NCBI GenBank assembly: GCA_026026165.1
Contig: JAPEUD010000022.1
Coordinates: 186,001 to 250,000 of the forward strand
Origin: Sarea resinae
Taxonomy: Eukaryota
Direction of reading: 5' to 3'
DNA length: 64,000 nucleotides
Under the pieces are notes generated by a model. That model searched no databases. It was not told the DNA's origin and worked only from the letters and a program-made list of their open reading frames with translations. Both the position numbers and the translations under genes were made by a program. This document shows, piece after piece, positions 24,980 through 36,447 of this stretch; position 1 is the first letter of the stretch; the number at the start of each line of letters is the position of its first letter.

Positions 24980-25078
24980 CGACCTGTATACTAGCCTGTC
25001 CCACCCGCGCTGAGACCCCCAGGGTTGAGCTGCCTTCGGGCGGCTCCCCTGGGGTTGAATCGCGCGGGTAGGGGGTCG
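24980..25078 (+). other. Long GC-rich hairpin capped by a C(UUCG)G tetraloop
   Basis: GAGCTGCC-TTCG-GGCGGCTC (25027-25046), CCCCAGGG/CCCTGGGG (25017-25024/25047-25054), ACCCGCGC/GCGCGGGT (25003-25010/25062-25069), CGACC/GGTCG. Confidence 0.8.
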
Positions 25079-25469
25079 CGTTTGTCTGTATCGGTTGGTT
25101 TTCGGGATTGAAAATAGATGGCTGTCAGTCATGAAAGGTTTTTTGCGCAGACTCTAGCTTGTAGTTTGGTCAGAAAGCTCAATCAAGTATTATGGGACTT
25201 CAATCTGCTTGAGCACTTGATCATGCCGTGTGTGATGACCTTGATCATTTATCAATCGATCAAGCGCTCATCTCTTGCTTTCCATGCCAGAGAGACAAAC
25301 AGGCAGACAGACAAACATGACGCTCGCTCGCAGGAGATGGCAATGTAACTTTCACAGCCTCGTTAGGGAAGATGATGACAGAGCCACAATGTCCGTCCTC
25401 TGGTCTCGTCTCAAGTTTCTCTGCAGCCAACTTCATCATCATCGTCGTCATCTTCATCATCATCGTCTC

Positions 25470-26458
25470 TCATGTGCCGTGCAGTCCCGACAAAGCCCTC
25501 CGCACATCATGCCTCGCGGCCTCGAGCTCGGCATCCCGTCCCGAGCGATGCTTCACTTTGACGGCGTAGTGCAGGTCTACTAGATCCGTGGCCCGGCGGA
25601 GGTCCGGGTCGGTGGTGTCGTCTTTGCTGGTGATGGGTTTGGTTGTTGGTTGAGGATGTGGATGTGGATGTGGATGCGGCGTTTTGGCTGTTTGGTCTGC
25701 TGGTGTCGATTTCGATGTAGTGGGGGAGGCCGGGATTGCGAGGCCGGTTGAGGATGAGAATGAGGATGAGGGGGAGGCGGATGATGATGGTGGTGGCGGA
25801 GGGGCAGAGGAGGATAGAGTGGAGGGGGAAAGCGTCTTGTGGGCGTTTACGAGGGCGAGCGCTTCGTCGTGGCCCTAGTCGGGTTTTCCCCTCTGGATTA
25901 GCTTTTTGGTGTCTAGGTGGGAGGATGGGTGGGTGGGTGGGGAGGAGAGATTTGTGAGAAGAGGATATGATAGAAGACAAGAGGCGAGAAGAGAGAAGAG
26001 AAGGGGTTTCATAGGATTCGAACAAGGTAAGAGGACATCAGGGAATAAAGGGCGGTAAGCGGAGGCAGAGAGGAGCACAGAGGGAGATATCGGAGAAAGG
26101 AGAGATCACGTGATTAGAGAGGATGAGATCTGAGTGAGAGTACAGGTCTGGGTTTTCTGTAGCCCCGATGGCTGAGATGAAGATAGAACACGGGTAGAGG
26201 CATGCGTATTGCGACTGAGTGCACAATGTTGTGTAGGGATTGGAAGGGGAATTGTGTTTTGCTTTCTTTCTTTTCTTCTCCCTCTCTGTCTGAAGGTGGC
26301 TTCGAATGAATAGACAGGATATCCGTAGACTAGGAATAGAATAGACGGGATATCCGTAGACTAGGAATAGAGAAGAAGAGAAAGGAAGGAGAAGAGGAAA
26401 AAAAACTTACGCAAACGCGAAGAGACGTCAGATCGGAGAGAATCTCGGCCAGCTGCAT
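25470..26458 (-). CDS. Small two-exon hypothetical protein (~150 aa), absent from the ORF track
   Basis: Exon 1 26458-26411 (MQLAEILSDLTSLRVC), 536-nt intron GTAAGT...GCTAAT...TAG, exon 2 25874-25470 (GHDEALALV...DPDLRRATDLVDLHYAVKVKHRSGRDAELEAARHDVRRAL); frame joins cleanly. Confidence 0.8.
26308..26369. repeat. 31-bp tandem duplication inside an intron
   Basis: GAATAGAC(A/G)GGATATCCGTAGACTAGGAATA twice, one mismatch. Confidence 0.9.
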
Positions 26459-27405
26459 TTTGCTTTTCTTAGAATATCACTTCTGTCTGTGAATTGCTGA
26501 TTGTTTGAGAGGCGACTTTAGGGTCGAGAGAAACGGATAGACAGGTAGGTAGGGAGGTCAAAGAGCTCTTTGGTAAGTTGACCGAAAGGCTGCCTCCAGG
26601 GAGAAGAGGGGCCCGAATATTATGGCGCGAAGATATACAAGGCCGTTTTTTTTGGCCCTTGGAGACGGAGAGACAGGGAAAGAGGTCGACGGAAGACAGC
26701 AGATGAGTAGGCCAGGTAGATAGGTCAAGTAGACAAGCTACCTAGGTATCCGTAAAGCAGTGACCCCGACGGAATGAACAAGAACAATCATACAGATTGG
26801 AATGGATACAATATAGGAGCAAGGCAGTGACGGTGATAGTGACAGGACTTGAATGAGGCAGAAAGCTCGCAAAAGGAATATTGGGTGAAGGTCCACCGAG
26901 TCTCAGGTAATATCTATGGACTAAGGTTTGGGAAATTGCTCTTCCCTGCACGACTATTTTTTCTGTTCTGAAGATGATGGTAAGCTGGCCGTTGTCATGA
27001 AAGAGTCTTTTGCTAAAGGGTCTGCTTATTCAAGTAGTAGGAAGATAGGGCTTGTTCGTCATCGTCGTCCAGGGGCGGGGTTTGATGCCAGGGGCTCGAT
27101 CAGTCTAGGGTGCGGGACGTACACCGGGGCGGCAAATCCCACAAGACACCACTACGGTACAACAGGGCTACTATTTGCGCTGCCGATACTCGGCCCGTTT
27201 GTCATTCACCTTTGGCGGGGAAATTATTGCGAAAACACGGCTCTTCCTTGACAACGGCTTTTGAGGCTTCAATTTGGTTCGAACGATAGAGGGAGCTATT
27301 TGTGTGTCCTGTACAGCTTGTTACCTGCTTGCTTGCTTGCTGTTAGTCTACGAGAACTACTGAGCGAAGGTTGTCTGTTTCGCCGTAGAAGGGACATCGG
27401 CAGCC

Positions 27406-28219
27406 ATGGCATCCATATCGGCCCTCAAGACCAATTGTCGCAAGATTGTGGCCATAGGAAGGAATTATGCGTTTGTTCCCACCCCTCCTCTCCCCGGGGC
27501 TCCCCCCTTCTATCATCTCCTCTCCTATCTCCCCCTACTAACATTTCCCCCACAGAGACCACATCACGGAGCTCAACTCCGCGCGCCCCAAACAGCCATT
27601 CTTCTTCCTCAAGCCGCCGTCCTCGATCCTGCTGCCCTCGAGCGGTCCCGTGCAGCGGCCGCGCGGCGTCGACCTGCACTACGAAGTGGAGCTAGGACTG
27701 GTCATGGGCCAGACGCTACGGGACTACGACGGAACGGATGCCGCGATCGCCACGGACGCCATCGAGGCCTACATCCTGGCCATCGACCTGACGGCGCGCA
27801 ACGTGCAGGCCGAGGCCAAGAAAAAGGGCCTGCCGTGGACCATCGCCAAGGGCTTCGATACCTTCACCCCCGTGTCGCGGATCATCCCCAAGACCAGCAT
27901 TCCCGACCCGCATAACCTGCTCTTGCACCTTTCCGTCGTCTCTTCGGCCCCTGGCGCACCCAAGGAAGAGCTCAGACAGAGCGATAGCACCGATCTGATG
28001 CTCTTCCGCATCCCGCGCCTGCTGTCCGACATCTCAAAAGTGATGACGCTCGAGAAGGGCGATATCGTGCTGACGGGCACGCCCAAGGGCGTTGGGCCCG
28101 TCGTCGCGGGCGAGACTATGGTGGCCGGGTGTAGGGTCGATGGGAAGGAGGTCGAGGAGGGTCGGATAGAGGTCGCCGTTGTTGATAGAGAAGGCGGCTA
28201 TGTTTTTGGTGAGACGTGA
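27406..28219 (+). CDS. Fumarylacetoacetate hydrolase-family protein (FAHD1/Fmp41-like)
   Basis: Intron 27471-27555; KIVAIGRNYADHITEL, FFLKPPSS, LHYEVELGL, IDLTARNVQ, KGFDTF, GDIVLTGTPKGVG. Confidence 0.93.
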
Positions 28220-29050
28220 GTGGGTGAATGGGTCAGTAAGTGGAGGAGGGAGGAGGGAGAGAGGGAGGGCAAGCGTAGTAGACGCCACACAGAAACATCG
28301 AATGATACATGAAAGTCACGAAGAATAGAAAGGAGGACATAAATGACCAGAACGGAGGACTGAGTCAAATAAACATCAAATAGTAGTTACATTCACACAT
28401 AAAGAGGTCAGATAGTCCCGAGGACAAAAACTCCCTTCTTTAAAAGAATGATTGAGAGGATCTATTCCATATCTTTTCCCTTTTCTATAAACAGTACATG
28501 TAGATAAGGATTGGAGGCCCGGCGTAACGTCAAGTAACGGTAACGGTAACGGGCAATGTCAACGTACGTACATCAAGTGCATCAAATGCACGAGGTATAT
28601 GTACGTCTCGATCTATCTTCGTCATCGTTGAGCGAGACAACAACAACAGCCATGCCCGCAACAACCACGACGAAGATCGAAATGTAGCCCAGGCCAGGAC
28701 CTCGCCAGCCCTTGAAGCTTTGAATCCTTCCATTTCTCTGGCTGAGAAGTACCCATTCTCATTTCGCCGCCCCAGTTTTGAGTCTCAAAAGGACCATTGA
28801 ATTTCTATCATAAAAACACGTGTCGAATCCAAAGAACCCGGACGAAGGATTCCCCTCCTTCACCTTCTTCTACAACAAGCGCCCTGATCGGATCCGCCCG
28901 AGACCGATGTTGCTCCGACTCGCCAAGCCGCCCAACATGAATGAGTGATGGTGCACATCTAGACACATCACATGCACAAGCAAAATGCTAGGGAAAAAAA
29001 GGAAAGCGAAAGAGACAAAGGAATGAAGAAGTGGAAAGCAGACGGATAAG

Positions 29051-30875
29051 TCAATCCTTCTGCTTCCTCTCCTCATCCTTCTTGTCGATCTCCGCGGTCT
29101 CTTTCTCGGCTTCCTTTGCCTCATTCGCCTTGACGGCCTCGGTCCCAGCCTCAACAGCTTTAGTACCGCCACCGACCTCAGTCTCAGCCGCCTCGGCAGC
29201 ATCAGCGGCAGCCTTGGCATTGGCAGCCTCGACACGTCTTCGGTCCTCTTTCTCGTCGATGTCCTCGTTATCCTTCGGGGCCGATCTTCCGGAACTAGCC
29301 TGGCCCTCGTTCTGCTCGTTCTCCTCTTCAATCAACTCCTGCTGTTCCTTGAGCACCTCAAGACGTTGTTTGTTCGTGGCGGCACCCTCGGCGTTGTGCA
29401 CCTCGAGTTCAATCTCGTGAAAGAGTTCTTCGGGAATGGAAGACAAGACAGCCTGGAGAGCCTCGATCTGGGAGGTAATTTCCGAGTCTTTGCCCTGGGC
29501 ATACACAAAGGCATTGCTGAGGACGAGGAGTGTAGAAGGGACGCCTGCCTTGAGTCGGAGATCGAGCCACATAGAGAGATCGTCACGTAGTCGGCCGGGG
29601 CTGACGCCATGGGTGCGGAGACCGCGGGAGGCACATGCCATTTGCAGTTCCGGTACAGAGAGGGACTCGACACCTTCGTAGTAGATGGCACGGTCGTCAC
29701 GCTTGATTTGACGCATGCGGAGTCGGATCTGGTACCGCAGCATCATGTCGGTGCCGAAGGTGTTAAGATTCATATACCGGCACATGGCTACAAGCTGAGG
29801 ACGCGAGAGGTTGTCAAGCGTCAAATCATCTTTGAAGATCTTGCAGACTTTGATGACATCTGCGTGAGTCGGGGATTCGCCCGTTGCTCGGACCTGATTC
29901 GGACTTAGTAGATGATCTCTCAATGTCGATTGATTAAACATACCTTTCGGAAGAATTCGGTGAATTCCTCTCTCTGTGCGTTTGCCGCACTGACAGGCAG
30001 CCCTGTCTCCTGCAACGTGGCACGTAAGAAACTGCTGACTTCCTTTCGAGTAGCCCGTAGATTCGTTGCTTTCTTGTCCTTTGACTTTTGACCTTCATAT
30101 GTGCTGGGAAGCATGTTGGGGAAGAGCTTGAGAGCTACAGGTAGGAGAAGCTCGGCAAACGGGACGATGACGAAGACAGAGAATGGGACAATGCGTCCAA
30201 GATCTTGAACAGTACGTTGAAGCTTGGGAAGTAAGTTAGTCTTCAATCCATGTACAGAATCTCATCCAATCTCACCTGTCTATTCTCTCTCCGGCTTAGC
30301 TCGTACCCAGCGGCCATCTTCATCGCCAATTTGGTACTGATTCTGACTTCGGTAGCCAACAACTTGGTGCCATCCCAGTAATGGAGCGCTTCCCTCTTAA
30401 CCTTCTGCATAATCGTCAATTTCGGCTGCTCCTCCTTCGCCTTGGCCAGCTTCTTCTCATCCTTTGCCGCCGCAGCTTTTTCAGCCGCCAGTTCGGCCAA
30501 GCTGTGAGCCTCGGCAGCTTCAGTCTTGGGCACACCGGTAGGAGACGACTTCGGGATACCGGTTACCTCGGCGACAGCATCTGCAACTTTGGAGGCCTGG
30601 CTTTGGCCGGATTCCTTTTGCTGGTCCTTGGGGAGGGGCTTCTTAGCTTGCTCGGCGTTGAATCCGGGAGGCGGGTATGACGATCCGCCATTGGAGGAAG
30701 TGGATGTCTCCGTGGAATAACCACGACGAGAGATCAAGATGGCGAGGGCGGGAATCTGGGAGGGGAGGTCCCGCGCATTCCGGCGTAGGTAAGCGGTGTA
30801 GGCTGACGAAGGGGCAAAAGCTGGTCGAGCAGATGCCCTGGCTACGATGTTATTAGCCGGGAGCAAGACAGGCAT
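29051..30875 (-). CDS. MDM38: LETM1/Mdm38 mitochondrial inner-membrane protein
   Basis: Introns 30223-30275 and 29894-29943; Arg-rich presequence, HYWDGTKLL, VPFSVFVIVPFAELLLPVALKLFPNMLPSTY, ELQMACASRG. Confidence 0.95.
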
Positions 30876-32014
30876 ATGGGGTCAAGAGACATACGCCCAG
30901 AGAAGAGAGAGCGCTGAACCGAAGCATTCCGGACAACTCGAGAAGAGGCGGTGCTCATGACGATGGAGAGGATAGTGTTGGTGAACGGGGCGGGGGAGGG
31001 GGCAAAAGGGCCCTCCGATTACGATAGAGCGAGGGGACGAGAGATGGTTGGCGAAAGAAATAAAAAAAGCCGTCGAGGTGGATGCTGTTATCAATGGATC
31101 AAAGGGCGGAGATGGTAAATGATTGATGGTGATCGTCTGGGAGGGATTCAGAAAGAGCGGATGATGTGAGATGGGAGATGGGAGATGGGAGATGGGGGAT
31201 GAGGTGTAGCGTCGTGGTTTAAAATGGAGTTGCGGTTCGAATATCCAATGAGTCTGGGGAATTTGCTGGAATGGACGAGGGCTCGACTGCCAAGTGCAGC
31301 CGCAGTTCCAACATAAGGTACGAGGTACCGAATTCGTCACTTTGACGGGCAGCATGACTAAGAGATTAGGTAAACTTCGTACCTTTCTGGTTCTTCTCGT
31401 TCCTTTGGCTGCTACACATACTCCCGAGTAGTCTAGCTCTACTGCTATACTGTTAGGACGTACTGTCTGGATGTATGAGGTATCCATGTGCTACTGGCAC
31501 GTCAAGACCACCCTACTAAACCGACCGAGCCCGAGTCCGAGCCCAGCGGAGCCCGCCCGCGGCTCCGCACCCCAGCCCGCTCGTACGACGTCACCCGCCG
31601 GCTTACCGTACCGTAATTTGTTGAACCTTGGCTGCCTGTACCGAGTAGGGATCGAGGTCAACACCACCAAGTGGAACGCGACCACCTGTCAGCTCTCTGG
31701 CCATAATATCTGATGCCTGCGTGAAGCACTTAGCTCCCGTCATCTTCCAACCCTCCTCCCCATTCGGCCTCTTCAACGGCAGCATGATATACTTATAGCC
31801 CCTCTCCCTTACCATGCCCCTACAGCTTCATCATTTCCTGTAACAAATGGAGGCATAGCATAACATCACCATCCTCGCCAATTCCCCTTGTCGCTCTCGC
31901 GCGAGCTTCCATCGTGCCACTTCCCCTCCCGCCCTGCCCCCTTGGCCCGCTGCCCCCTATCCAGTGCTCTCTACCCATTCACCTCAACTCCGCCCAATAC
32001 CTCGATCACCTACA

Positions 32015-32849
32015 ATGAAGCTCACACGTGCCGCGCGAGTGATTCTGGTCGGCGCCCCAGGCGTAGGAAAAGGCACGCAGACGGATCGGCTGATCAAGCA
32101 CTTCCCGCAACTGGCGGCCATAAGTTCTGGGGACCTGCTCCGCGAGAACGTACGAAAAAAAACACCACTAGGTCAGAAACGAATACTCATATGTAGACTG
32201 GCCGGGTAGTGACAGCAATCCAAGTTAACAGGTTATGCAATAAATAGGCCTCCAAGCAGAAGCAGCAATGAAATCCGGCGCTTTGGTGCCTGATGCAACC
32301 ATCCTCTCCCTCATTCTCGCCGAGCTCTCCTCTCGTAGATGGATTGAGCTTCCTCCTACTCCCGCAAACGACCACCCAACGATCTCGCCCCTCCCAGCGG
32401 GCCCGACCCCCATAGCCTCTTCCCTCCCCAGCACCTCATTCCTCCTAGACGGCTTCCCACGTACCGGCAGCCAAGCAGCACAACTGTCGGCACTCGTTCC
32501 CATAAACCTTTGCGTCCATATTCATACCCCGCATGACATCATTATCTCGCGCATTGCCAGCCGCTACGTTCACGCGCCCTCGGGCAGGGTCTATAATACC
32601 GAATTCAATCCCCCCAAGAACCCGGGAAAAGACGACATCACGGGGGAGCCGTTGACACGGAGGGCCGATGATGATCCGCAGACGTGGCGGACCAGGCTGA
32701 AGAAGTTTGAGGAGACGAGCCGAGGGGTATTGGAATTCTATGGGAAGAGGGACTTACTTTGGACGGTAGAAGGGAACAGCAGCGACGAGATAACGCCCAA
32801 GATGGTAGCAGAGTTTGAGAGGCGCTTCTGCGGCCCATCTGACCGATGA
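32015..32849 (+). CDS. ADK2: Adenylate kinase, AK3/Adk2 type (GTP:AMP phosphotransferase)
   Basis: Intron 32172-32247; P-loop [25 protein letters not shown], lid [26 protein letters not shown]. Confidence 0.9.
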
Positions 32850-34111
32850 CGGCCCTTTTGATGTCCCCTTTCTCCAATCCAGCCATTTTCATTCCCGTTA
32901 TCATCACATTCTTCGGGCTTGACGGTACCATCTCGAACGGGTGCTTTGATTATAGCACACGGTACTAGCATACGGTACGAGACCGAACGGCTCACTCCTT
33001 GTTCGTACAGGACGGGATCCAACATCCAGGGAGCGCTCATGCTGGCATAGGCGCTCAGGGCGGGCAGTCGCAGTCTGTCATGTCGCAGTCGATGAGACTG
33101 GAGTTTTGGACTCCAGAAAGTGGAGACCGGGCTCCACCATTCGAAGCTCAAATAAATCTCTTTCTTTTAGCGGGTTGCCTTTTTGAGTCAGCCGCCAATA
33201 TGCATTTGGATATCACATCTGGATCTATCACGAATCTCGTTGGGCAGAATGAGGTACAGGTGTTGAATTCGGCATTTGGTAAATGTCAAGACATATACCC
33301 GTTTCCATAGGTACGCAAATGAACCTATTCAAAGACTAAGGCACGTCCTCAATGCTTGAGATATGCAAGTCGTAAGCAGGTCCTAGACTGGCTAGCGCAT
33401 CTCCTTGGTATCTCTTCGTTACAATTCCAGTCTGCTAGACAGCAGCAATCCATCTCCCATCGTTATTGATCATCCCTGGGTGTTGAAGATTTCTGCTTGT
33501 ATTGATGTTCCAATGGCCGGATGGTAATATCCATTCTGGCTTGAGTCCCCCCTCACGAGAAGTCAGTCTTGGACTCTCGCAGTGGTGAGCAGCAGCAACG
33601 CTCAAGAGCTCCCTTCGAACAACGCTCGAGAGATGGCACGGGAATGATTTGCTTGCTTTACTTGATCTTCCACGAACAGCTGAATGCCTGAAATGGCCGT
33701 CTGGAGCTAGACTGGCGTTTTTGAATCGGGGCGGGCAAGCTCTTGAACGTGAGGATAAAGAGATCGGAAATAGCAAATCATTCGACAGTATTAATTTCAG
33801 TCTTCAAGGTTTGATGCCGCCAACGGAATCATCCCCTTTCCATGCTCTGGGCGTACTTCAACCTAGCGCCCCATCTCCAAAATTCACTATGACGGGTGAA
33901 TGGCCGCCAACGCGCCATCTTGCCTATTTGAGCCCAACTTCACCACAAGGGAATGCCCTTGATGAGTCGACATTCACTCTGCGTTCGTTTAGCCATGGGC
34001 GTCCATCCTATTTAAACAGCGACGGCCTTCACTCTCCTCTCTGTTCTTTCCTTCATACCGCACCTCCATCGACGACAAGTTGAGACTCTTATCAAACAGG
34101 AAGCTTGCCGT

Positions 34112-34795
34112 ATGGCTTTCCACCAACAGCTTATCGTCGAATCTCTTTTCCCGGCCGTGACCATGACGTCCTACATCCATCTCCAAGTCTGCGATGAGTT
34201 CATCCGCCGCCTCGAAGTAAACCCCAATACAGAGGCCGACCTGAAGGCTCTGGGCACCGCGATGCTGAACCACTACTTCTCTCCCGCACAACGCTACCTC
34301 GTGGACGCGATGCGCTTCCCAGACGCCCGCCGCAACAACCACGACCACGAGCTCCAATTCCTCCGCGTCCGCAAGATGGTCTCCGACGAGTACAGCCGCA
34401 ACCGCTCGCTGCTCGACCACGCGCGCGTGCTGATCGAGTCCGAGGAGCGCGCCACCACCATGGTCAGCACGCACCCGAGCTACTACCTGCGCCCGTCCTC
34501 GCTCGCGCAGCTCCAGGAGCCGCTCGAGAACGCCACCACGGCCTCCGGCACCTGCTGGGTCTTGCACCTGCGCGGGCCCAAGATCCAGTTCTATCGCTTC
34601 ACGCAGACGCCGTCCTTTGGGGAGTTCGAGATGCAGAACCCGCTGCGCCCGTTGGTGCTCCCGCTGGTCAACGTCGATGTCATGGCCGAATCTAATCTTG
34701 GGCATGCGTCTACCTACCATCTCCGCAACGACGCGGGGCTCATCGACGCCGCTTTCAGGCATATCGCCTCGGCCGCTATGCAGGGAGGCTATTGA
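34112..34795 (+). CDS. Hypothetical 227-aa intronless protein
   Basis: ATG-initiated ORF with strong C/G third-position bias; TATTTAAA at 34009-34016 about 100 nt upstream. Confidence 0.8.
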   Translation: MAFHQQLIVESLFPAVTMTSYIHLQVCDEFIRRLEVNPNTEADLKALGTAMLNHYFSPAQRYLVDAMRFPDARRNNHDHELQFLRVRKMVSDEYSRNRSLLDHARVLIESEERATTMVSTHPSYYLRPSSLAQLQEPLENATTASGTCWVLHLRGPKIQFYRFTQTPSFGEFEMQNPLRPLVLPLVNVDVMAESNLGHASTYHLRNDAGLIDAAFRHIASAAMQGGY

Positions 34796-35679
34796 GAAGT
34801 CCAGGAGGTCTATGGCTGGCGGCAGCAGCAGCGAACTTCAGGATCAGATCAACATTCTGGGATCGAAGACTCGCACTTTGGATTAGATAATTGAGCGTTG
34901 CTACTCACATGGATCCACCCATTGTAAAGTAAGTCCCTCGGCCCACGTCGCGAGGAGAGCATCCGAGGGAAAACTAACAGACTCCACCCCGAAGCCACGA
35001 CCATCCATCCGTCCATCCATCCAACAATCCAATCCACCCTGCCACCCACCATCAGTCCGCCATCAGCCCGCCACCCTTCTCACCACCAGCCAATGTCACC
35101 AGCACACCATGACCAGCAAAGATCTCCTCAGTGCCCACTCACTCAGGACTACACACCATCACAACCCCATTTCCTTTATTTCATGTTCATTCAAAAAACA
35201 AACTGCTGCTGCTGCTGCTAAGGTAGTCATAGTCAGTCACCCAAAATCCCAAAAACATATCCGTTTCGTCCGATGTTTTTGATCTGTGGTGACTTCCTGT
35301 GACTGTGACTGTGGCTGTGACCGTGATTATGACCGTGAATCTGTGTCTCGAAGAGAAAAAGGGAATACCCCACTCCCGGCACTCCCAACACCCTCCTTCT
35401 CCTACTGATTTAAGCCCTATCCCCAATTCCCTATTCCCTACTCCCTACTCCACCTACTCCACCTAAACAGTAATACTAATACTACGACGTCCTGCCAGCT
35501 CGTACCACAACCACCCAGCCTCAAGCCGTCCATCACAAACCAAAAAAAAAAACAAAAAAAAAAACCCTTGGCAACGACATTCCAACCATCGATCGGATAA
35601 GACCAGATCGAAGAATAGGTACCTTACCTTACGAAGGCGTTCTGTGAGGTGGGTGAGATACGTGCACGCATAGCTAGCT

Positions 35680-35810
35680 AGCTTTTCTCTTTCTCTTTTG
35701 TTCTGTACTACTACTAGTATTACTACTACTACCACATACACACATACATACATACATACATACGCATACATACACATACACCTACACACGCCCACACGCA
35801 CATATACGTG

Positions 35811-35866
<56 letters not shown>

Positions 35867-35950
35867 GGTAAGTAGGTAGATAGGTACCTAGGTAGGTAGA
35901 TATAGGGGTGGGTAGGTATCTAGATAAGGAGATATAACAGATAGGGGTAG
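35680..35950. repeat. Microsatellite tract (CTA, CATA, GA, GATAGA, TAGG units)
   Basis: Simple repeats visible directly in the sequence. Confidence 0.85.
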
Positions 35951-36447
35951 TTTCTCGAGCCTTTCCTCCTGGCTCTCCCTCTGCATCTTTCTCATTCATC
36001 GTCCCTCGTCCATCGAGTTCTTCCAGATAATCCGGGGCGGGTTGCGTAAGAAAGAAGGTTCCTCTTCCACCCACACTTGAATGGATGGCTGTGTGTAGCT
36101 GCGAGGGTGTTATGGTATGGTATCATCTGTCCTGCCCTGGGCATTGTGAAAATGGATACGATGATATACTTGAGTATGGATGATGGATAGAGTTGTGTAA
36201 AATTCTAGAGATCAACACGGACCAACCGCGCCCGACCGACCCAACCGACCCAACCGACGACGTTCTCATGCATGGAAGAGAAAGAAGGATAGAGGAAGAG
36301 CATGATACGATACGATACAAGGCCCTCGGGAATGCAAAGATAGGAATATACATCATACCCCTGCGAGACAGACACGGACACGCACACGCACACGACACCA
36401 GGCCATACAAGAGACGAGAAGACATGAGAGTGAAGAGGACACGGACG

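Noticed and set aside
25010..25060. Hammerhead-like CTGAGA...GAA around the UUCG hairpin
   Set aside because: Core does not match CUGANGA/GAAA and no third stem is available
26013..26023. GTTCGAATCC (tRNA T-loop/B-box-like) on the - strand
   Set aside because: Flanks do not form a T-stem and no cloverleaf can be built; at most an isolated B-box
33989..34762. 257-aa antisense ORF opposite the 227-aa gene
   Set aside because: Expected shadow of GC-biased codon usage on the + strand; no recognisable protein features
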